A stretch of 64,000 bases of DNA from the NCBI GenBank assembly GCA_965232515.1, contig CBDDPY010000002.1, positions 1,952,001 to 2,016,000 of the forward strand, written 5' to 3'. The notes beneath the pieces were generated by a model. The model was not told the DNA's origin, did not search any database, and saw only the letters and a program-made list of their open reading frames with translations. Origin of the DNA: Alphaproteobacteria bacterium. GTDB taxonomy: Bacteria; Pseudomonadota; Alphaproteobacteria; GCA-2731375. The translations under genes were made by a program, and so were the position numbers. Of this stretch, positions 28,450-38,767 are shown one piece after another. The first letter of the stretch is position 1. Each line of letters starts with the position of its first letter.

Positions 28450-29661
28450 TCAGATCTGTCGGGCCGTTTCGCGCGGCGCCCAGATGGCCTGCGGTTCGGC
28501 CACGCCCTTGAGCTTGTGCGCACCCAGCGGCCGCACCTGGCCGCGCAAGCGTTCGGCGAAGTCAGCCGACAGCAGCACCGGTTCGTTCAGCACCCGGGTC
28601 TGCTCTTCGATGCGCGTCACCAGGTTCACGGCCGGGCCGATCACCGTGAAGTCGAGCCGGTCCTCGGCGCCGATATTGCCGTACAGCACGTCGCCCACAT
28701 GCAGGGCGAGGCCGAACTCGATCACCGGGCGGCCGTCCTGCTTGCGCGCCTGGTTCAGCGCCGCCGCGCCGGCGATGGCCTCGGCCGCGGCATCCAGCGC
28801 GGCGGCGCAGACGCCCGCTTCACGCGACGCGTCGGGAATCGGAAACACGGCCAGCATGGCGTCGCCGATGAACTTCAGCACCTCGCCGCTCTGCGCCTGC
28901 ACGGCCGCCGCCATGCAGCCGAAATAATCGTTCAGCAGACCGATCAGATCGTCGCGCGGCAGCCAGTCCGACAGCGGCGTGAAGCCGCGCATGTCGCAGT
29001 ACCACAGCACCGCGTGAATAGTCTCGCCGTCGCCGCGCAGGATGCGGCCCTCCAGCACGCGCTCGCCGGCCTGGTGTCCGACATAGGTATCGAGCAGGTT
29101 GATCGCGGTGGTGCGCCGGCTGTGGATTTCCATGATCCGCGCGAACAGAAAGCTGAGCGCGTACATGCGGTCGAGATCCTGCCGCGAGAACCCGCCGGGC
29201 CGGTCGCTGGTCACGCTCAACGCGTCGATATGCCCGTCGGTGAACGTCACCGGCATGACGACATAGTCCGTCGCGCCCTCGTCTTTCAACTCGCGCAGCA
29301 CCGGGAACGAGACTTCCGCCTCGCCCTCCAGCCGCACGCGCTGCGCCCCACCGCCCTCGAACACGCGCGGCAGCGGGTTGTCGAGATAGTCCGATGTGCC
29401 GATCAGCGAATGCGGCGCCTGGGCCGACTCGACGCCGCGCCCGCGGCGCCAGAAATAGCCGGTGCCCAGATAGGCCGGATGCAGCGTGAGTTGGAAATAG
29501 CCCAAGCGGTAGAGCGGAATGCCGGCGGCCACCAGCTGCTCGCCCGTGGCCGCGATCAGGGTCTCGGTATCGGTGATGCGATAGGCGTCCCGCACGAACC
29601 AGCGGGCGACCGGATCGCCGTAGTCGAAATCATCGTTGGCGTCTGTCTGCGTCTCGGCCAC
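28450..29661 (-). CDS. Soluble class III adenylate/guanylate cyclase with N-terminal GAF-like region
   Basis: Motifs CDMRGFT, LKFIGDAML and DFTVIGPAVNLVTRIE. Confidence 0.9.
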   Translation of the reverse strand: MAETQTDANDDFDYGDPVARWFVRDAYRITDTETLIAATGEQLVAAGIPLYRLGYFQLTLHPAYLGTGYFWRRGRGVESAQAPHSLIGTSDYLDNPLPRVFEGGGAQRVRLEGEAEVSFPVLRELKDEGATDYVVMPVTFTDGHIDALSVTSDRPGGFSRQDLDRMYALSFLFARIMEIHSRRTTAINLLDTYVGHQAGERVLEGRILRGDGETIHAVLWYCDMRGFTPLSDWLPRDDLIGLLNDYFGCMAAAVQAQSGEVLKFIGDAMLAVFPIPDASREAGVCAAALDAAAEAIAGAAALNQARKQDGRPVIEFGLALHVGDVLYGNIGAEDRLDFTVIGPAVNLVTRIEEQTRVLNEPVLLSADFAERLRGQVRPLGAHKLKGVAEPQAIWAPRETARQI

Positions 29662-29677
29662 GGCCGCTGACGACGGG

Positions 29678-30718
29678 CTAGCTTAGCCGTCCCTCTTCCA
29701 CCGCGTGACAGGCGACATGTGTGTCGTCGAACACGCGCAGCACGGGCCGCTCGGCGGCGCAGCGCTCGTTCGCGTGCGGGCAGCGCGGGTGAAACGGGCA
29801 GCCCGTCGGCGGATTGATCGGGCTCGGCACCTCGCCCGCCACTGGCACGCGTTGGCGGCCGGTCATCTCCAGATCCGGAATCGCGTCCAGCAGCATGCGC
29901 GTGTAGGGATGCTTCGGCTGATTGAACAACGTCTTGGTGTCGGCCCATTCGACCAGCCGGCCGAGATACATCACGCCGACCGTGGTCGAGACGTGATAGA
30001 CCACGGCCAGGTCGTGGCTGATGAACAGATAGGTCAGGTTGAAGCTACGCTGCAGCTCCTTCATCAGGTTCAGGATCTGCGACTGCACCGAGACGTCGAG
30101 CGCCGAGGTCGGCTCGTCGCAGATCAGGAATTCGGGCTCGCCCGCCAGCGCCCGGGCGATCGAGATCCGCTGCCGCTGACCGCCGGAGAATTCGTGCGGA
30201 TACTTCTCGCCGTCCTTCGGCGACAGGCCGACCTGGGTCAGCAGCTCGCCGACACGCTGATTGATCTGCGCCTTGTCCGTCAGCAGACGCCGGGCGTAGA
30301 TCGGCTCCGCGATGATGTTGGTGACGCGCCAGCGCGGGTTTAACGAGGCGTAAGGATCCTGAAAGATCATCTGCATGCGCGACTGCACGCCCTGTCGGAA
30401 GCTGCGTGCGCCGGGCTGGCCCATATCGATGCCGTCGTAGACGATGCTGCCGTCGGTCGGCCGGTAGAGCCCGACGATCAGCCGCGCCACCGTCGACTTG
30501 CCGCAGCCGGATTCGCCCACCAGGCTGAAGGTCTCGCCGCGGCCGATCTCGAAACTGACGCCGTCGACGGCTTTCACCACGGCCCGGCCGGTGCGTTCGA
30601 TCAGCCGGTTCAGAAGCGGCGGCGAGACGTCGAAATAGCGGGCGAGATCGTCGACCTTGACCAGCGTCCGCGCATCGGCGGGCTGGGCGTCGGTGGTCAC
30701 GGCGGCAGTATCAGTCAC
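29678..30718 (-). CDS. Peptide ABC transporter ATP-binding protein (DppF/OppF)
   Basis: Motifs [24 protein letters not shown] and the C-terminal GCPFHPRC...VACH. Confidence 0.93.
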   Translation of the reverse strand: MTDTAAVTTDAQPADARTLVKVDDLARYFDVSPPLLNRLIERTGRAVVKAVDGVSFEIGRGETFSLVGESGCGKSTVARLIVGLYRPTDGSIVYDGIDMGQPGARSFRQGVQSRMQMIFQDPYASLNPRWRVTNIIAEPIYARRLLTDKAQINQRVGELLTQVGLSPKDGEKYPHEFSGGQRQRISIARALAGEPEFLICDEPTSALDVSVQSQILNLMKELQRSFNLTYLFISHDLAVVYHVSTTVGVMYLGRLVEWADTKTLFNQPKHPYTRMLLDAIPDLEMTGRQRVPVAGEVPSPINPPTGCPFHPRCPHANERCAAERPVLRVFDDTHVACHAVEEGRLS

Positions 30719-31718
30719 CGGCGGCGGCCCTCCGTTCCTCGGCGTCGTAGAGATGGCAGGCCACATAGGACGCCTCGACCGGCTGCAGGTCGGGCCGGTC
30801 GTGATAGCAGCGGTCGAAGACCTTCGGACAACGCGGATTGAAAGCGCAGCCGGCCGGGATCTCGGTCAGCCGCGGCATCGCCCCTTGGATCTGCGTCAAC
30901 TCGTCGACATCGTGGCCGATATGCGGGATCGAGCCCATCAAGCCGTGCGTGTAGGGATGCTTGGCGTTGCGCACGACCTCGCGCACCGGGCCGATTTCGG
31001 CGATGCGGCCGGAATACATCACCGCCACGCGGTCGGCGGCTTCGGCAATCACGCCCATGTCGTGCGTCACCAGCATCACCGCGGTCTGGTGTTCCTTGCA
31101 GAGCCGCTTCAGCAGGCTGATGATCTGCGCCTGGATCGAGACGTCGAGCGCCGTCGTCGGCTCGTCGGCGATGATCAGCCGCGGCTCGGCGCATAGCGCC
31201 AGCGCGATCACCACCCGCTGGCGCATGCCACCCGAGAACTGATGCGGATAGTGGTCGACGCGTTCCTCGGCGCTCGGAATGCCGACCTCCTTCAAGAGCT
31301 CGATGGCGCGCGCGCGGGCGTCCTTCTCGCTCAGCGGCAGGTGAGTCATGATCGTTTCGACCAGCTGCCGGCTCACCGTGTAGAGCGGGTTCAGACTGGT
31401 CAGCGGGTCCTGGAAGATGGCGCCGATGCGCCGCCCGCGGATGCGCCGCATCTCTTCGTACGGCAGATTGTCGATGCGCTGTCCCTCGAGCAGGATCTGC
31501 CCCTCGGCGATCCGGCCGGGCGGCTCCAGCAGGCCGATGATGGCCGCGCCCGTCAGCGACTTGCCGGCGCCGGACTCGCCGACCACGCCCAGCACCTCGC
31601 CCGGATCGATATGCAGCGACACATCGTTGACGGCGACCAGCGTGCCGCGCCGCGTCGGGAACTCGATCCGGAGGTTCTTGACCTCCAGCAGGGGTTGATT
31701 GGCGGGTACCGCGGCCAT
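30711..31718 (-). CDS. Peptide ABC transporter ATP-binding protein (DppD/OppD)
   Basis: Motifs GESGAGKS, FSGGMRQR, DEPTTALD and GCAFNPRC. Confidence 0.93.
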   Translation of the reverse strand: MAAVPANQPLLEVKNLRIEFPTRRGTLVAVNDVSLHIDPGEVLGVVGESGAGKSLTGAAIIGLLEPPGRIAEGQILLEGQRIDNLPYEEMRRIRGRRIGAIFQDPLTSLNPLYTVSRQLVETIMTHLPLSEKDARARAIELLKEVGIPSAEERVDHYPHQFSGGMRQRVVIALALCAEPRLIIADEPTTALDVSIQAQIISLLKRLCKEHQTAVMLVTHDMGVIAEAADRVAVMYSGRIAEIGPVREVVRNAKHPYTHGLMGSIPHIGHDVDELTQIQGAMPRLTEIPAGCAFNPRCPKVFDRCYHDRPDLQPVEASYVACHLYDAEERRAAAGD

Positions 31719-31726
31719 GACGCTTC

Positions 31727-32680
31727 TTACCTCAGCTTCGGATTGAGGGCGTCGCGCAGCCAGTCGCCCAGAAGGTTCACCGCCAGCACCAGGATCGCCA
31801 GCGTCGCGCCCGGGAAGATCACGATCCACCATTCGCCGGAGAACAGAAAGTCCTGGCCGATCCGGATCAGCGTGCCCAAGGACGGCTCGGTCGGCGGCAC
31901 GCCGACGCCCAGGAACGACAGCGTCGCCTCGCTCAGGATCGCCACCGCCAGGCTGATGGTGGCGATCACCAGCACCGGTCCCATGACGTTCGGCAGCACA
32001 TGGCGCAGCATGATGATCAGCGGCTGCCGGCCGATCACGCGCGCGGCCTGAACGTATTCCTTGTTCTTCTCGACCAGCGTCGAGCCGCGCACCGTGCGCG
32101 CGAATTGCGGCCAGCTCGAAAAGCCGATCGCCAGGATCACCACGATCAGCGCCAGGTCGTCGTGCCGGCCGGCCGGCAGCACGCCGCGCAGCACGCCGTC
32201 GATCAGCAGCACGATCAGGATCGACGGGAAGCTGATCTGCACATCGGCGATGCGCATGATCGTCGCGTCGACCTTGCCGCCGACATAGCCGGCCAGCAGA
32301 CCGGCGCTGATGCCGATCAGCATCGCGAACAGCACGGCGGCGAAACCGACGCCCAACGAGATCCGGCTGCCGTAGAGGATCGCCGAGAACAGATCGCGGC
32401 CCTGATCGTCGGTGCCCAGCATGTACTTCCAGCCGCCGCCGTCCACCCAGACCGGCGGCGTGAAGGCGTCCAGCAGATCGAGGGCGGCGGGGTCGAACGG
32501 ATTCTGCGGCGACAGCAGCGGCGCGAACAGCGCGCCCAGGAACATCACCGCCGTCACGGCGGCGGCCGTCATCGTCACCTTGGAGGCGCGGAAGCTGAAA
32601 TAGATGTCACTGTCGAAAAACCGGTGCGCCAGATCCTGCGCCCGGTGCACCACGCCGTTGCTGCGATCGATCGCGACCAT
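31727..32680 (-). CDS. Peptide ABC transporter permease (DppC)
   Basis: Motifs LGTDDQGRD, EYVQAAR, HVLPN and NLLGDWLRDALNPK. Confidence 0.93.
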   Translation of the reverse strand: MVAIDRSNGVVHRAQDLAHRFFDSDIYFSFRASKVTMTAAAVTAVMFLGALFAPLLSPQNPFDPAALDLLDAFTPPVWVDGGGWKYMLGTDDQGRDLFSAILYGSRISLGVGFAAVLFAMLIGISAGLLAGYVGGKVDATIMRIADVQISFPSILIVLLIDGVLRGVLPAGRHDDLALIVVILAIGFSSWPQFARTVRGSTLVEKNKEYVQAARVIGRQPLIIMLRHVLPNVMGPVLVIATISLAVAILSEATLSFLGVGVPPTEPSLGTLIRIGQDFLFSGEWWIVIFPGATLAILVLAVNLLGDWLRDALNPKLR

Positions 32681-32690
32681 GATCCGACCC

Positions 32691-33677
32691 TTAGTTCCCC
32701 AACAGCCCGCGCGTGTCGACGCGCAGGCGCGGATCGACCGCATAATAGAACAGATCGACCGTCAGGTTGATGGCGACAAAAAACAGCGAGACCAGCACCA
32801 GATAGGCGGCCATCACCGGAATATCGACGAACGTGATCGCCTGCAGGAACAGGAAACCGATACCCGGCCACTGGAACACGGTTTCGGTCACGATCGCGAA
32901 GGCGATGATCGAGCCAATCTGCAGACCGGTAATGGTGATGACGGGCACCAGGGTGTTTTTCAGCGCATGACCGAAATTCACCGCCAGGTTGGTCAGGCCA
33001 CGGGCGCGGGCGAACTTGATGAAGTCCGTGCGCAGCACCTCCAGCATCTCCGAACGGACCAGCCGGACGATCAGCGCGAGCTGGAAGATACAAAGCGTCA
33101 ACGCCGGCATCAGGATCGATTTCAATCCGCTTGCCGTCAGCAAGCCGGTGCTCCAGCCGCCGAGATCGACGACCTCGCCGCGGCCATGGGTTGGCAGCCA
33201 GCCCAGCAGCACGCCGAAGCACAGGATCAGCAGGATGCCGATCAGGAACGGCGGCAACGAGATGCCGAACAGCGAGACGCTGAGGCAGATCTTGCTGGCC
33301 CAATGTTGCGGGCGCAGACCGGTATAGACGCCCATCGGAATGCCGATCGCCAGCGCCATCAGCCCGGCGACGATGCTGAGCTCCAGCGTCGCCGGCAACC
33401 GCTCCGCCAGGATGTCCTCGACCGGCCGGCCCATCCGGTAGGAGACGCCGAACTGCCCCTGCACGGTCCGGCCGACGAAGTTGACGAACTGGATCACGAC
33501 CGGTTCGTTCAGGCCCAGCGCCTCGCGCAGCTGTTCGCGTTCCTCGACGCTGGTCTGCTGCCCGACCATGCTGTTCACGGGATCGCCCATATAGGTGAAC
33601 AGCGAAAACGCAATCAGCGCCACCGCCAGCATGACCAGAAGCGATTGCAGGCAACGGCGGATCACGAAGGCGACCAT
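32691..33677 (-). CDS. Peptide ABC transporter permease (DppB), copy 2
   Basis: Start ATG 33677 (MVAFVIRR), 328 aa; motifs RLPATLEL, FARARGL and ETVFQWPG. Confidence 0.92.
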   Translation of the reverse strand: MVAFVIRRCLQSLLVMLAVALIAFSLFTYMGDPVNSMVGQQTSVEEREQLREALGLNEPVVIQFVNFVGRTVQGQFGVSYRMGRPVEDILAERLPATLELSIVAGLMALAIGIPMGVYTGLRPQHWASKICLSVSLFGISLPPFLIGILLILCFGVLLGWLPTHGRGEVVDLGGWSTGLLTASGLKSILMPALTLCIFQLALIVRLVRSEMLEVLRTDFIKFARARGLTNLAVNFGHALKNTLVPVITITGLQIGSIIAFAIVTETVFQWPGIGFLFLQAITFVDIPVMAAYLVLVSLFFVAINLTVDLFYYAVDPRLRVDTRGLLGN

Positions 33678-33685
33678 TGTGGGTG

Positions 33686-34672
33686 CTAGTTGCCCGCTAC
33701 GCCGCGCGTGTCGATGCGCAGACGCGGGTCGACCACGTAGTACAACAGGTCGACCACCAGGTTGATCAGCACGAAGAAAAACGACACCAGGATCAGGTAG
33801 GCCGACATCACGGGGATGTCGACGAACTGGATCGCCTGCAGGAACAAGAGCCCCATGCCCGGCCACTGGAACACGGTCTCGGTGATGATCGCGAAAGCGA
33901 TGATCGAGCCGACCTGTAGACCGGTAATGGTGATCACCGGCACCATCGTATTCTTCAAGGCGTGGCCGAAATTCACCGCCTGGTTGGTCAGGCCGCGGGC
34001 GCGGGCGAACTTGATGAAGTCGGTGCGCAGCACTTCCAGCATCTCCGAGCGCACCAGCCGCATGATCAGCGTGAGCTGGAACATGCCCAGCGTGAATGCG
34101 GGCATGATGAGCGATTTCAGGCCGCTCGCGGTCAGCAGACCGGTGGTCCAAGCGCCGAGATCGACCACCTCGCCCCGGCCGTTGGTCGGCAGCCAGCCCA
34201 GGATCACGCCGAACACCAGGATCAGCAGGATGCCGATCAGGAACGTCGGCAGCGAGATGCCGACAAGGGACACTGTCAGGAAGAACTTACTGAGCCATCG
34301 GCTTGGATGCAGGCCGGTATAGACTCCCATCGGGATACCGACGATCAGCGAGAACAAAGCCGCCACCAGGCTCAGTTCCAGCGTCGCCGGCAGCCGCTCC
34401 GCCAGGATCTCGTTCACCGGCCTGCCGAGGCGGTAGGAGATCCCGAACTTGCCCTGCAGCACCCGGCCGACATAGTTGGCGAACTGCACCACCACGGGCT
34501 CGTTCAGACCCAGCGCTTCGCGCAGCTGCTCGCGTTCCTCGATCGAGGTCTCCTGGCCGACCATGCTGTTCACCGGATCGCCAAGATAGGTGAACATCGA
34601 GAAGGCCAGCAGCGCCACTGCCAGCATCACGAGCAACGACTGCAACAGTCGCCGGATGACGAACGCGATCAT
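33686..34672 (-). CDS. Peptide ABC transporter permease (DppB), copy 1
   Basis: 328 aa, same motifs as copy 2 and colinear with it. Confidence 0.93.
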   Translation of the reverse strand: MIAFVIRRLLQSLLVMLAVALLAFSMFTYLGDPVNSMVGQETSIEEREQLREALGLNEPVVVQFANYVGRVLQGKFGISYRLGRPVNEILAERLPATLELSLVAALFSLIVGIPMGVYTGLHPSRWLSKFFLTVSLVGISLPTFLIGILLILVFGVILGWLPTNGRGEVVDLGAWTTGLLTASGLKSLIMPAFTLGMFQLTLIMRLVRSEMLEVLRTDFIKFARARGLTNQAVNFGHALKNTMVPVITITGLQVGSIIAFAIITETVFQWPGMGLLFLQAIQFVDIPVMSAYLILVSFFFVLINLVVDLLYYVVDPRLRIDTRGVAGN

Positions 34673-34693
34673 GGTCCCCCGCGGCGAAAAGCC

Positions 34694-34731
34694 GATCGAC
34701 CCGGAACGGTCATTGCCGGTCCGGGTCGATC
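34694..34731. other. Intercistronic stem-loop after the SBP gene
   Basis: GATCGACCCGGA...TCCGGGTCGATC inverted repeat between dppA and dppB; this position is typical of mRNA-stabilising or attenuating hairpins. Confidence 0.6.
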
Positions 34732-34749
34732 ATGACGGCGTGGCGGCGT

Positions 34750-36330
34750 CTACTTGATGGTGATGTGACGCCACTTGAACTGGTTGTCGGGCCGCTGCTT
34801 AACGTTGACGCCGTCCCGCACGCCCCAGGCCAGCGCCTGCTGGTGCAACGGCACATAAGCGACGTCGTTGATGGTGATGCCCCAGGCCTCGTCCATCATC
34901 GCCTGGCGCTTCGCCTGATCGGTTTCCGACAGGATCTTGTCGGTCAGCGTGTCGACCTTGGCGTTGCAGTAGCGGCCGAGATTGAACTTGCCGCGGCCCG
35001 TGCCGTCGTCACAGCCGTGCAGATTGAACAGCGGGTTCCAGGAGTCGAAGCTGCCCGGGGTCCAGCCCAGCAGGTAGAAGCTGGTGTCCAGGCTCGGCGC
35101 CAGCACCTTCTTGAAGTACTTCGCTTTCGGCTGCGCCAGCAGGTTCACCTTGACGCCCACCTTGGCCAGCATCGACACCACGGCCTGGCAGATCGCCTCG
35201 TCGTTGACGTAGCGGTCGTTCGGGCAATCCATGCCGACCTCGAAGCCGTCCGGATAGCCCGCGTCGGCGAGCAGTTGCTTCGCCTTGGCCTGGTCGTAAC
35301 TCAGCCGCGAGAACTGGTCGCTCGAGCCGTTGATGCCGGGCGCGATCATCATGGCCGACGGCGTCGACAGGCCGCGCATCACGACCTTCTTGATCGCCTC
35401 GACGTTGATCGCGTGATAGACGGCCTGGCGCACCCGCTTGTCCTTGAACGGGTTCTTGCCCTTGACCGACGAGTAGAGCAGCTCGTCGCGGTGCTGATCC
35501 ATGCCCAGGAAGATCGTCCGCAGCTCCGGCCCGACCAGCATGCTGGTGCCGGCGTTGCCGTCGACCCGGTTCATGTCCTGCACCGGAATCGGATAGGCCA
35601 TGTCGACCTGCCCGGCCAGCAGCGCCGCCACCCGGGTCGCGTCCTGCGCGATCGGCGTCAGCGTCACCGACGTCAGATTGTGCACCTTATTGGCGTTGTC
35701 CCAGTAGTCGGGATTGTTCTCGGCGACGGTCTTCACGTCGATATCCCGGCTCTTCAGGATGAAGGGCCCGGTGCCGTTGGCGTGTCGGGTGGCGAAGTTC
35801 TCCTTGTCGGCCGTCGCCTGCTGCGGCTGAACGGCGTTGTTCTCCTCCGCCCAGCTCTTCGACATGATGTACCAGGACTCCCACTCGGCGTGCAGAATGG
35901 GGTTCGGCGACGTGGTGACGAAGTCGACCGTGTGATCGTCGACCTTGATGATTTTGGTGCCTTCCGGGATCCGGGTCTTCAGGTCGGACCCATCCATGCG
36001 GACGCGTTCCGCCGAAAACAGGACGTCGTCCGCCGTGAAATCGCGGCCGTCGTGGAACTTCACGCCCTTGCGCAGATAGAACCGCCAGCGGGTCGGCTCC
36101 ATGATCTCCCAGCGCTCGGCGAGTGCCGGCTCGATGCTGAGATCGTGGTGCCGCCGGGTCAGACCCTCGTAAATGTTGCCGAGATAGCCGAGGGTGAAGG
36201 TCTCGTTCAGATTGTAGGGATCCATCGAGTTGGCGTCGCCCTGGAACGCGAAGGTCAGATCCTTCGCGCTGGCGGGAAGGACCATCGCCAACGTCGTGGC
36301 GCCTGCCAACAGCAGTGCTTTCAGTTTCAT
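34750..36330 (-). CDS. Peptide ABC transporter substrate-binding protein (family 5, DppA-like)
   Basis: Signal peptide; motifs NIYEGL, PALAERWE, LRKGVKFHDG, GTGPF and DKRVRQA. Confidence 0.94.
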   Translation of the reverse strand: MKLKALLLAGATTLAMVLPASAKDLTFAFQGDANSMDPYNLNETFTLGYLGNIYEGLTRRHHDLSIEPALAERWEIMEPTRWRFYLRKGVKFHDGRDFTADDVLFSAERVRMDGSDLKTRIPEGTKIIKVDDHTVDFVTTSPNPILHAEWESWYIMSKSWAEENNAVQPQQATADKENFATRHANGTGPFILKSRDIDVKTVAENNPDYWDNANKVHNLTSVTLTPIAQDATRVAALLAGQVDMAYPIPVQDMNRVDGNAGTSMLVGPELRTIFLGMDQHRDELLYSSVKGKNPFKDKRVRQAVYHAINVEAIKKVVMRGLSTPSAMMIAPGINGSSDQFSRLSYDQAKAKQLLADAGYPDGFEVGMDCPNDRYVNDEAICQAVVSMLAKVGVKVNLLAQPKAKYFKKVLAPSLDTSFYLLGWTPGSFDSWNPLFNLHGCDDGTGRGKFNLGRYCNAKVDTLTDKILSETDQAKRQAMMDEAWGITINDVAYVPLHQQALAWGVRDGVNVKQRPDNQFKWRHITIK

Positions 36331-36526
36331 TGAGCTAAGCTCCCAAGTGTGGCCGTCCGCAATGCGGCAGCTTTATCGTTGTGCCCGTTCGCATTCACAG
36401 CAGACCACGGGCGCGGGCAACCCCATCGCCCGGCCGCGGTACGCTGCCGCTATAACGGCTTACTTCTATGTTTTGCGGGGCTGCGTCAACGGTTGAGGTA
36501 ACGGCGGCAAGTGCGCGCGCCGGCGA

Positions 36527-37486
36527 TCACTGGCGTTGCGCCAGCGTCACCACTTCCTGTCCCTTGACCGGCCGCCGGCGCGGCATCAGCAGGGTGCAGT
36601 TTTCATAGGGCGCACGGACCGCTTCGCCGCCGTCATAGGCGAAGATCTCGCCATGCCCGAGCTCTTCGAAGCCCTGATAGTGTTGGATAAAGCGGAAATC
36701 GTCGTTGCGGGCCAGCAGAACGTCGCTGATCCGGTAAACGGCGGAATGCGTCGGCGCCGCGATGGCGGCATGTTCGGCGATGAAGGCTGGATCTACGACA
36801 TCGCAATACTGCAGAAAACGCAATGCGGTCTGCAGCGCGACCCGGCCGCTGGCGGCGGCGAAATGCTGGCCGCACTCGACCAGCAGCGCCGTCGCCGTCG
36901 AATCGGCGCGGTTGAAGGCGCCGTATTCCATCATCACCTTGCCGTGATGCACGCCGCCGCCGCTGACGATGTGCCGCGGCGCCGTGCCGACGGCATGCGC
37001 CATGGCCGACGTGCGCGGCTGATCGACGTAGCACAGCATGGGCGACACCGGAAAGCTGGTCGAATGGATGTCCAGTAGCGCGTCCGCCGTCCGGATCACC
37101 GGCAGCAATTCGCGGGCCCGGCGCAACTCGACCGTCCCGTCATCCCGGGCCAGGATGTCGTCGCACCAGACGCGGTTGAAGTCGCGGTCGACGAAGCGCG
37201 ATTCGAAGGGCTCGGCCGGATCGAAGCTCTCGTAGGCGGCAATGTTGGCGAAACTCAAGGTCAGCTTGCCGCGAACCGGCCGTACCCCTCGGTCCAGTAG
37301 GAAGGTTACCGCCGTCATGCCGCAAAATTCGTTGCCGTGCGTCAGGGCGTTGACCACCACATGCGGTCCCGGCTGGCCGCTGTCGAAGGTGTGAACGTAA
37401 TCGATGCCCGTATTGCCGCGGCGATAGGGCGTCAGGTCCTTCGGCGTCACTTCAAGGGTCGGCACCGGCGGCAGGTCGTGCGGCAT
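36527..37486 (-). CDS. Succinylglutamate desuccinylase/aspartoacylase family (M14-like) hydrolase
   Basis: Motifs HGNE, DFNRVW, LLDIHS and VECGQH. Confidence 0.88.
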   Translation of the reverse strand: MPHDLPPVPTLEVTPKDLTPYRRGNTGIDYVHTFDSGQPGPHVVVNALTHGNEFCGMTAVTFLLDRGVRPVRGKLTLSFANIAAYESFDPAEPFESRFVDRDFNRVWCDDILARDDGTVELRRARELLPVIRTADALLDIHSTSFPVSPMLCYVDQPRTSAMAHAVGTAPRHIVSGGGVHHGKVMMEYGAFNRADSTATALLVECGQHFAAASGRVALQTALRFLQYCDVVDPAFIAEHAAIAAPTHSAVYRISDVLLARNDDFRFIQHYQGFEELGHGEIFAYDGGEAVRAPYENCTLLMPRRRPVKGQEVVTLAQRQ

Positions 37487-37675
37487 TTGGTCCCCCGACA
37501 AAAAGCGGACGTGGTGTTTTTATAAATTTTTCCCGGAAATCTACGTTAAGTTATGATCGTAACTAACTAGACTTCCGTCGATTTCCTCGATTTCCAAGGT
37601 CGTTGTTTTACTCCCAAAGCGTTAACAAACCGCAACACCTCGGATGCGGCACGAGCCGCCGGATCGCTCGGCCTC

Positions 37676-37693
37676 CCGTCATCAATCTGACAT
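37676..37693 (+). promoter_or_regulatory. Pho box (PhoB site)
   Basis: CCGTCAT-CAAT-CTGACAT matches the consensus CTGTCAT-N4-CTGTCAT; about 95 nt upstream of the SBP gene. Confidence 0.7.
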
Positions 37694-37786
37694 CATGGCT
37701 GATTAGGAAGACGGTTCATCACCATTCGGGCCTCGGCAATCGGGAGGCGCGACGCCCATCCAACCAAGGGAATTGGGGATTTCAAG

Positions 37787-38767
37787 ATGAAGCAAACCTT
37801 CGCGCTGTCGGTCGCGCTCGCCGCCGCGCTTCTGGCCGGCCAGGCCCTCGCCGCCTCGGGCAAGCTGGTGCTCTATACCAGCCAGCCGAACCGGGATGCG
37901 CAGCAGACCGTCGACGCCTTCACCAAGCTGCATCCCGATGTCGAGGTCGAGTGGATCCGCGACGGCACCACCAAGGTGATGGCCAAGCTCCGGGCCGAGT
38001 TCGCGGCCGGCGATCCCAAGCCGGACGTTTTGCTGATCGCCGATCTCGTCACGATGGAGGGCCTGAAGCGCGAGGGGCGGCTGTTGCCGCACGCGGGCGC
38101 GCCGGTGGCCGCCTACGACGCCGGGCTTTACGACGCCGACAAGCATTATTTCAGCACCAAGCTGATCACCACCGGCATCGTCTACAACGTCAACGCGCCG
38201 ATGCAGCCGAAGTCCTGGGCCGATCTGGCCCAGGCCAACGCCAAGGGCCTGGTCGCCATGCCGAGCCCGCTCACCTCGGGCGCGGCGCTGATCCATCTGG
38301 CGACGCTGACCGAGCATCCGAAGCTCGGCTGGCGGTATTACGAGCAGCTCGCCGACAACGGTATCCAGCCGAAGGGCGGCAACGGCGGCACCTTCAAGGC
38401 CGTCGCCGGCGGCGATAAGCTTTACGGCATGGTCATCGATTTCCTGCCGATCCGCGAGAAAGCCAAGGGCTCGCCGGTCGCCTTCGTGTTCCCGGACGAA
38501 GGCGTCAGCGCCGTTACCGAGCCGGTGGCGATCCTCAAGACCGCCCGTAACCCCGAGGCCGCCAAGGCTTTCGTCGACTTCCTCCTTTCGACCGAAGGTC
38601 AGAAGCTCGCGGCCAGCCAGGGCTACCTGCCGGCCCATCCCGACGTGACGCCGCCGCCCGGCTTCCCGCCGCGCGCCGACATCAAGCTGATGGCCTTCGA
38701 CCCGGAAAAGGCGCTCGCCAACGCCGAAGCGAACAAGAAGCGGTTTGCCGACATCTTCGGGCAATAG
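37787..38767 (+). CDS. ABC transporter substrate-binding protein (AfuA/FbpA-like)
   Basis: Signal peptide; motifs LVLYTSQP, RDGT, MPSPLTSGAA and EAAKAFVDFLLS. Confidence 0.88.
   Translation: MKQTFALSVALAAALLAGQALAASGKLVLYTSQPNRDAQQTVDAFTKLHPDVEVEWIRDGTTKVMAKLRAEFAAGDPKPDVLLIADLVTMEGLKREGRLLPHAGAPVAAYDAGLYDADKHYFSTKLITTGIVYNVNAPMQPKSWADLAQANAKGLVAMPSPLTSGAALIHLATLTEHPKLGWRYYEQLADNGIQPKGGNGGTFKAVAGGDKLYGMVIDFLPIREKAKGSPVAFVFPDEGVSAVTEPVAILKTARNPEAAKAFVDFLLSTEGQKLAASQGYLPAHPDVTPPPGFPPRADIKLMAFDPEKALANAEANKKRFADIFGQ

Noticed and set aside
32691-34672. DppB duplication as a simple assembly repeat artefact
   Set aside because: About 19% amino-acid divergence with both frames intact is not an identical-read duplication.
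37500-37640. AT-rich stretch with near-palindrome AGTTATGATCGTAACT as a Fur/Irr box or RNA gene
   Set aside because: No convincing consensus or RNA structure; probably a promoter region, regulator unassignable.
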